Assembly (NCBI RefSeq): GCF_009617975.1
Contig: NZ_CP040089.1
Location: forward strand, 240,001 to 272,000
Length of the DNA: 32,000 nt
Source: Candidatus Nanohalobium constans
Lineage (GTDB): Archaea > Nanohalarchaeota > Nanosalinia > Nanosalinales > Nanosalinaceae
Direction of reading: 5' to 3'
Both the position numbers and the translations under genes were made by a program. Positions within the stretch are counted from its first letter, which is position 1, and the number at the start of each line of letters is the position of its first letter. Shown piece by piece: positions 31,064-32,000 of this stretch. A model generated the notes under the pieces. It was not told the DNA's origin, searched no databases, and saw only the letters and a program-made list of their open reading frames with translations.

Positions 31064-32000
31064 ATGAAAGTACACACAATTGGAGGCTACGAAGAGATCG
31101 GCAAGAACATGACCGCCGTCGAAGTTGACGGAGAGGTCGTCGTATTCGATATGGGATACGACATGGAAAATGTTGTCGGCTCTGACGAGCAAATCGACGA
31201 ACTTACAACAAATCAAACCCTAGAAACAGGAGCAATCCCTAAAGACGAACAAATCTACGAGAAGAATGTCGTGGCAATCGTTATCGGCCACGGACACCTT
31301 GACCATGTAGGAGCAATTCCAAAATTGGCAGGAGCATACGACGCACCGATTATATGCACACCGTTCACGGAGAAGATTATCGAGAACGGCTTAGAGAGCG
31401 ACAGGAAGAACATCAACAATCAGATCATCTCCATGGAGCCAGGAGAAGAGTTTGACATCTCAGGCAAGATGGAGCTAGAGTTCCTGCATGTCAACCACAG
31501 CATCCCAGACGCAACACTCTCACTTCTCAAGACTCCGGACGGAAATGTCATCTACGGAAACGACATGAAGTTCGACAGAAGACCGGTAATCGGAGAGAAC
31601 ACTGATATCGACCGACTGAAAGAAGTTGGCGAAGAAGGAATAGAACTGATGATCCCAGGAACAACTTCCGTCGACGAAGACGGAAGAGTACCGCCTGAAG
31701 AATCAGTCAAGGTTGAACTGGAAAATGTTCTGAACGCTTCATACGAAGCAGGAGGAGCAGTAGTCATCACAACATTCTCCAGCCAGATCGCACGACTCAA
31801 CTCCATCCTTGAAGCAAACGATGGAAGAAGAAAAGTCGCATTCGTAGGAAGAAGCCTGAAAGAGTACACCAAAGGCGCAGAAGAATGCGGACTGATCGAT
31901 CTTTCACAGGTTGAAGTAGTTTCATACTTCGATGAATGTGAAGACTTGATGAGAAAAGTTGATGGTGAAAGAGAGGAATGGCTTGTAGTTGCTACAGGTA
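31064..32000 (+). CDS. rnj: RNase J (metallo-beta-lactamase/beta-CASP ribonuclease), truncated at the window edge
   Basis: Hand translation from the ATG at 31064 is open to the end of the window. It reads MKVHTIGGYEEIGKNMTAVEVDGEVVVFDMGYD...VIGHGHLDHVGAIPKL...LHVNHSIPDA. It is absent from the ORF track because it has no stop codon in the window. Confidence 0.85.
   Translation, partial: MKVHTIGGYEEIGKNMTAVEVDGEVVVFDMGYDMENVVGSDEQIDELTTNQTLETGAIPKDEQIYEKNVVAIVIGHGHLDHVGAIPKLAGAYDAPIICTPFTEKIIENGLESDRKNINNQIISMEPGEEFDISGKMELEFLHVNHSIPDATLSLLKTPDGNVIYGNDMKFDRRPVIGENTDIDRLKEVGEEGIELMIPGTTSVDEDGRVPPEESVKVELENVLNASYEAGGAVVITTFSSQIARLNSILEANDGRRKVAFVGRSLKEYTKGAEECGLIDLSQVEVVSYFDECEDLMRKVDGEREEWLVVATG

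Noticed and set aside
31552-31872. 106-aa minus-strand ORF.
   Set aside because: It is antisense to the open RNase J reading frame, which has clear HGHLDH and HSIPD motifs.

Overview
This is a densely packed archaeal chromosomal segment, about 90% coding and mostly on the minus strand. The proteome is strikingly acidic (rich in D and E), and the gene set is archaeal information processing. Ribosome and translation genes: L7Ae, S2, L44e, S27e, aIF2-alpha, Nop10, GatD/GatE and RNase J. Transcription genes: RpoK, RpoL and TFS. Replication and repair genes: GINS, primase, PCNA and XPB. Enolase, UMP kinase and inorganic pyrophosphatase are also present. By inference, the acidic proteome, tight gene packing, a primase fused to a PriL-like domain, and mRNAs that are mostly leaderless suggest a halophilic DPANN-type (Nanohaloarchaeota-like) genome. 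I cannot confirm that without a database search. Reading the sequence recovered five genes the ORF track did not list: four shorter than 60 aa (rpoK, nop10, rps27e, a zinc-ribbon protein) and RNase J, which runs off the 3' edge. I also found two tRNAs: tRNA-Val(GAC) and a tRNA with anticodon CAU that carries a 113-nt intron. Many start codons were moved to ATGs supported by a TATA-like box about 27 nt upstream or by a GAGGTGA-type Shine-Dalgarno sequence. An accessory-looking stretch (about 18.3-25.4 kb) holds the most interesting content. It contains a dedicated signal peptidase, a PKD-domain protein and a TasA/camelysin-like secreted protein, forming a possible surface-fibre or adhesin module. 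It also contains a ComF-like phosphoribosyltransferase with a winged-helix partner, and a three-gene ABC-2 transporter. Other notable items are three toxin-antitoxin modules, two of them translationally coupled to core operons and one convergent. There are also three NUDIX paralogs within 5.3 kb and a gatD...gatE operon interrupted by three small genes. I saw no CRISPR array, rRNA, transposase or integrase.
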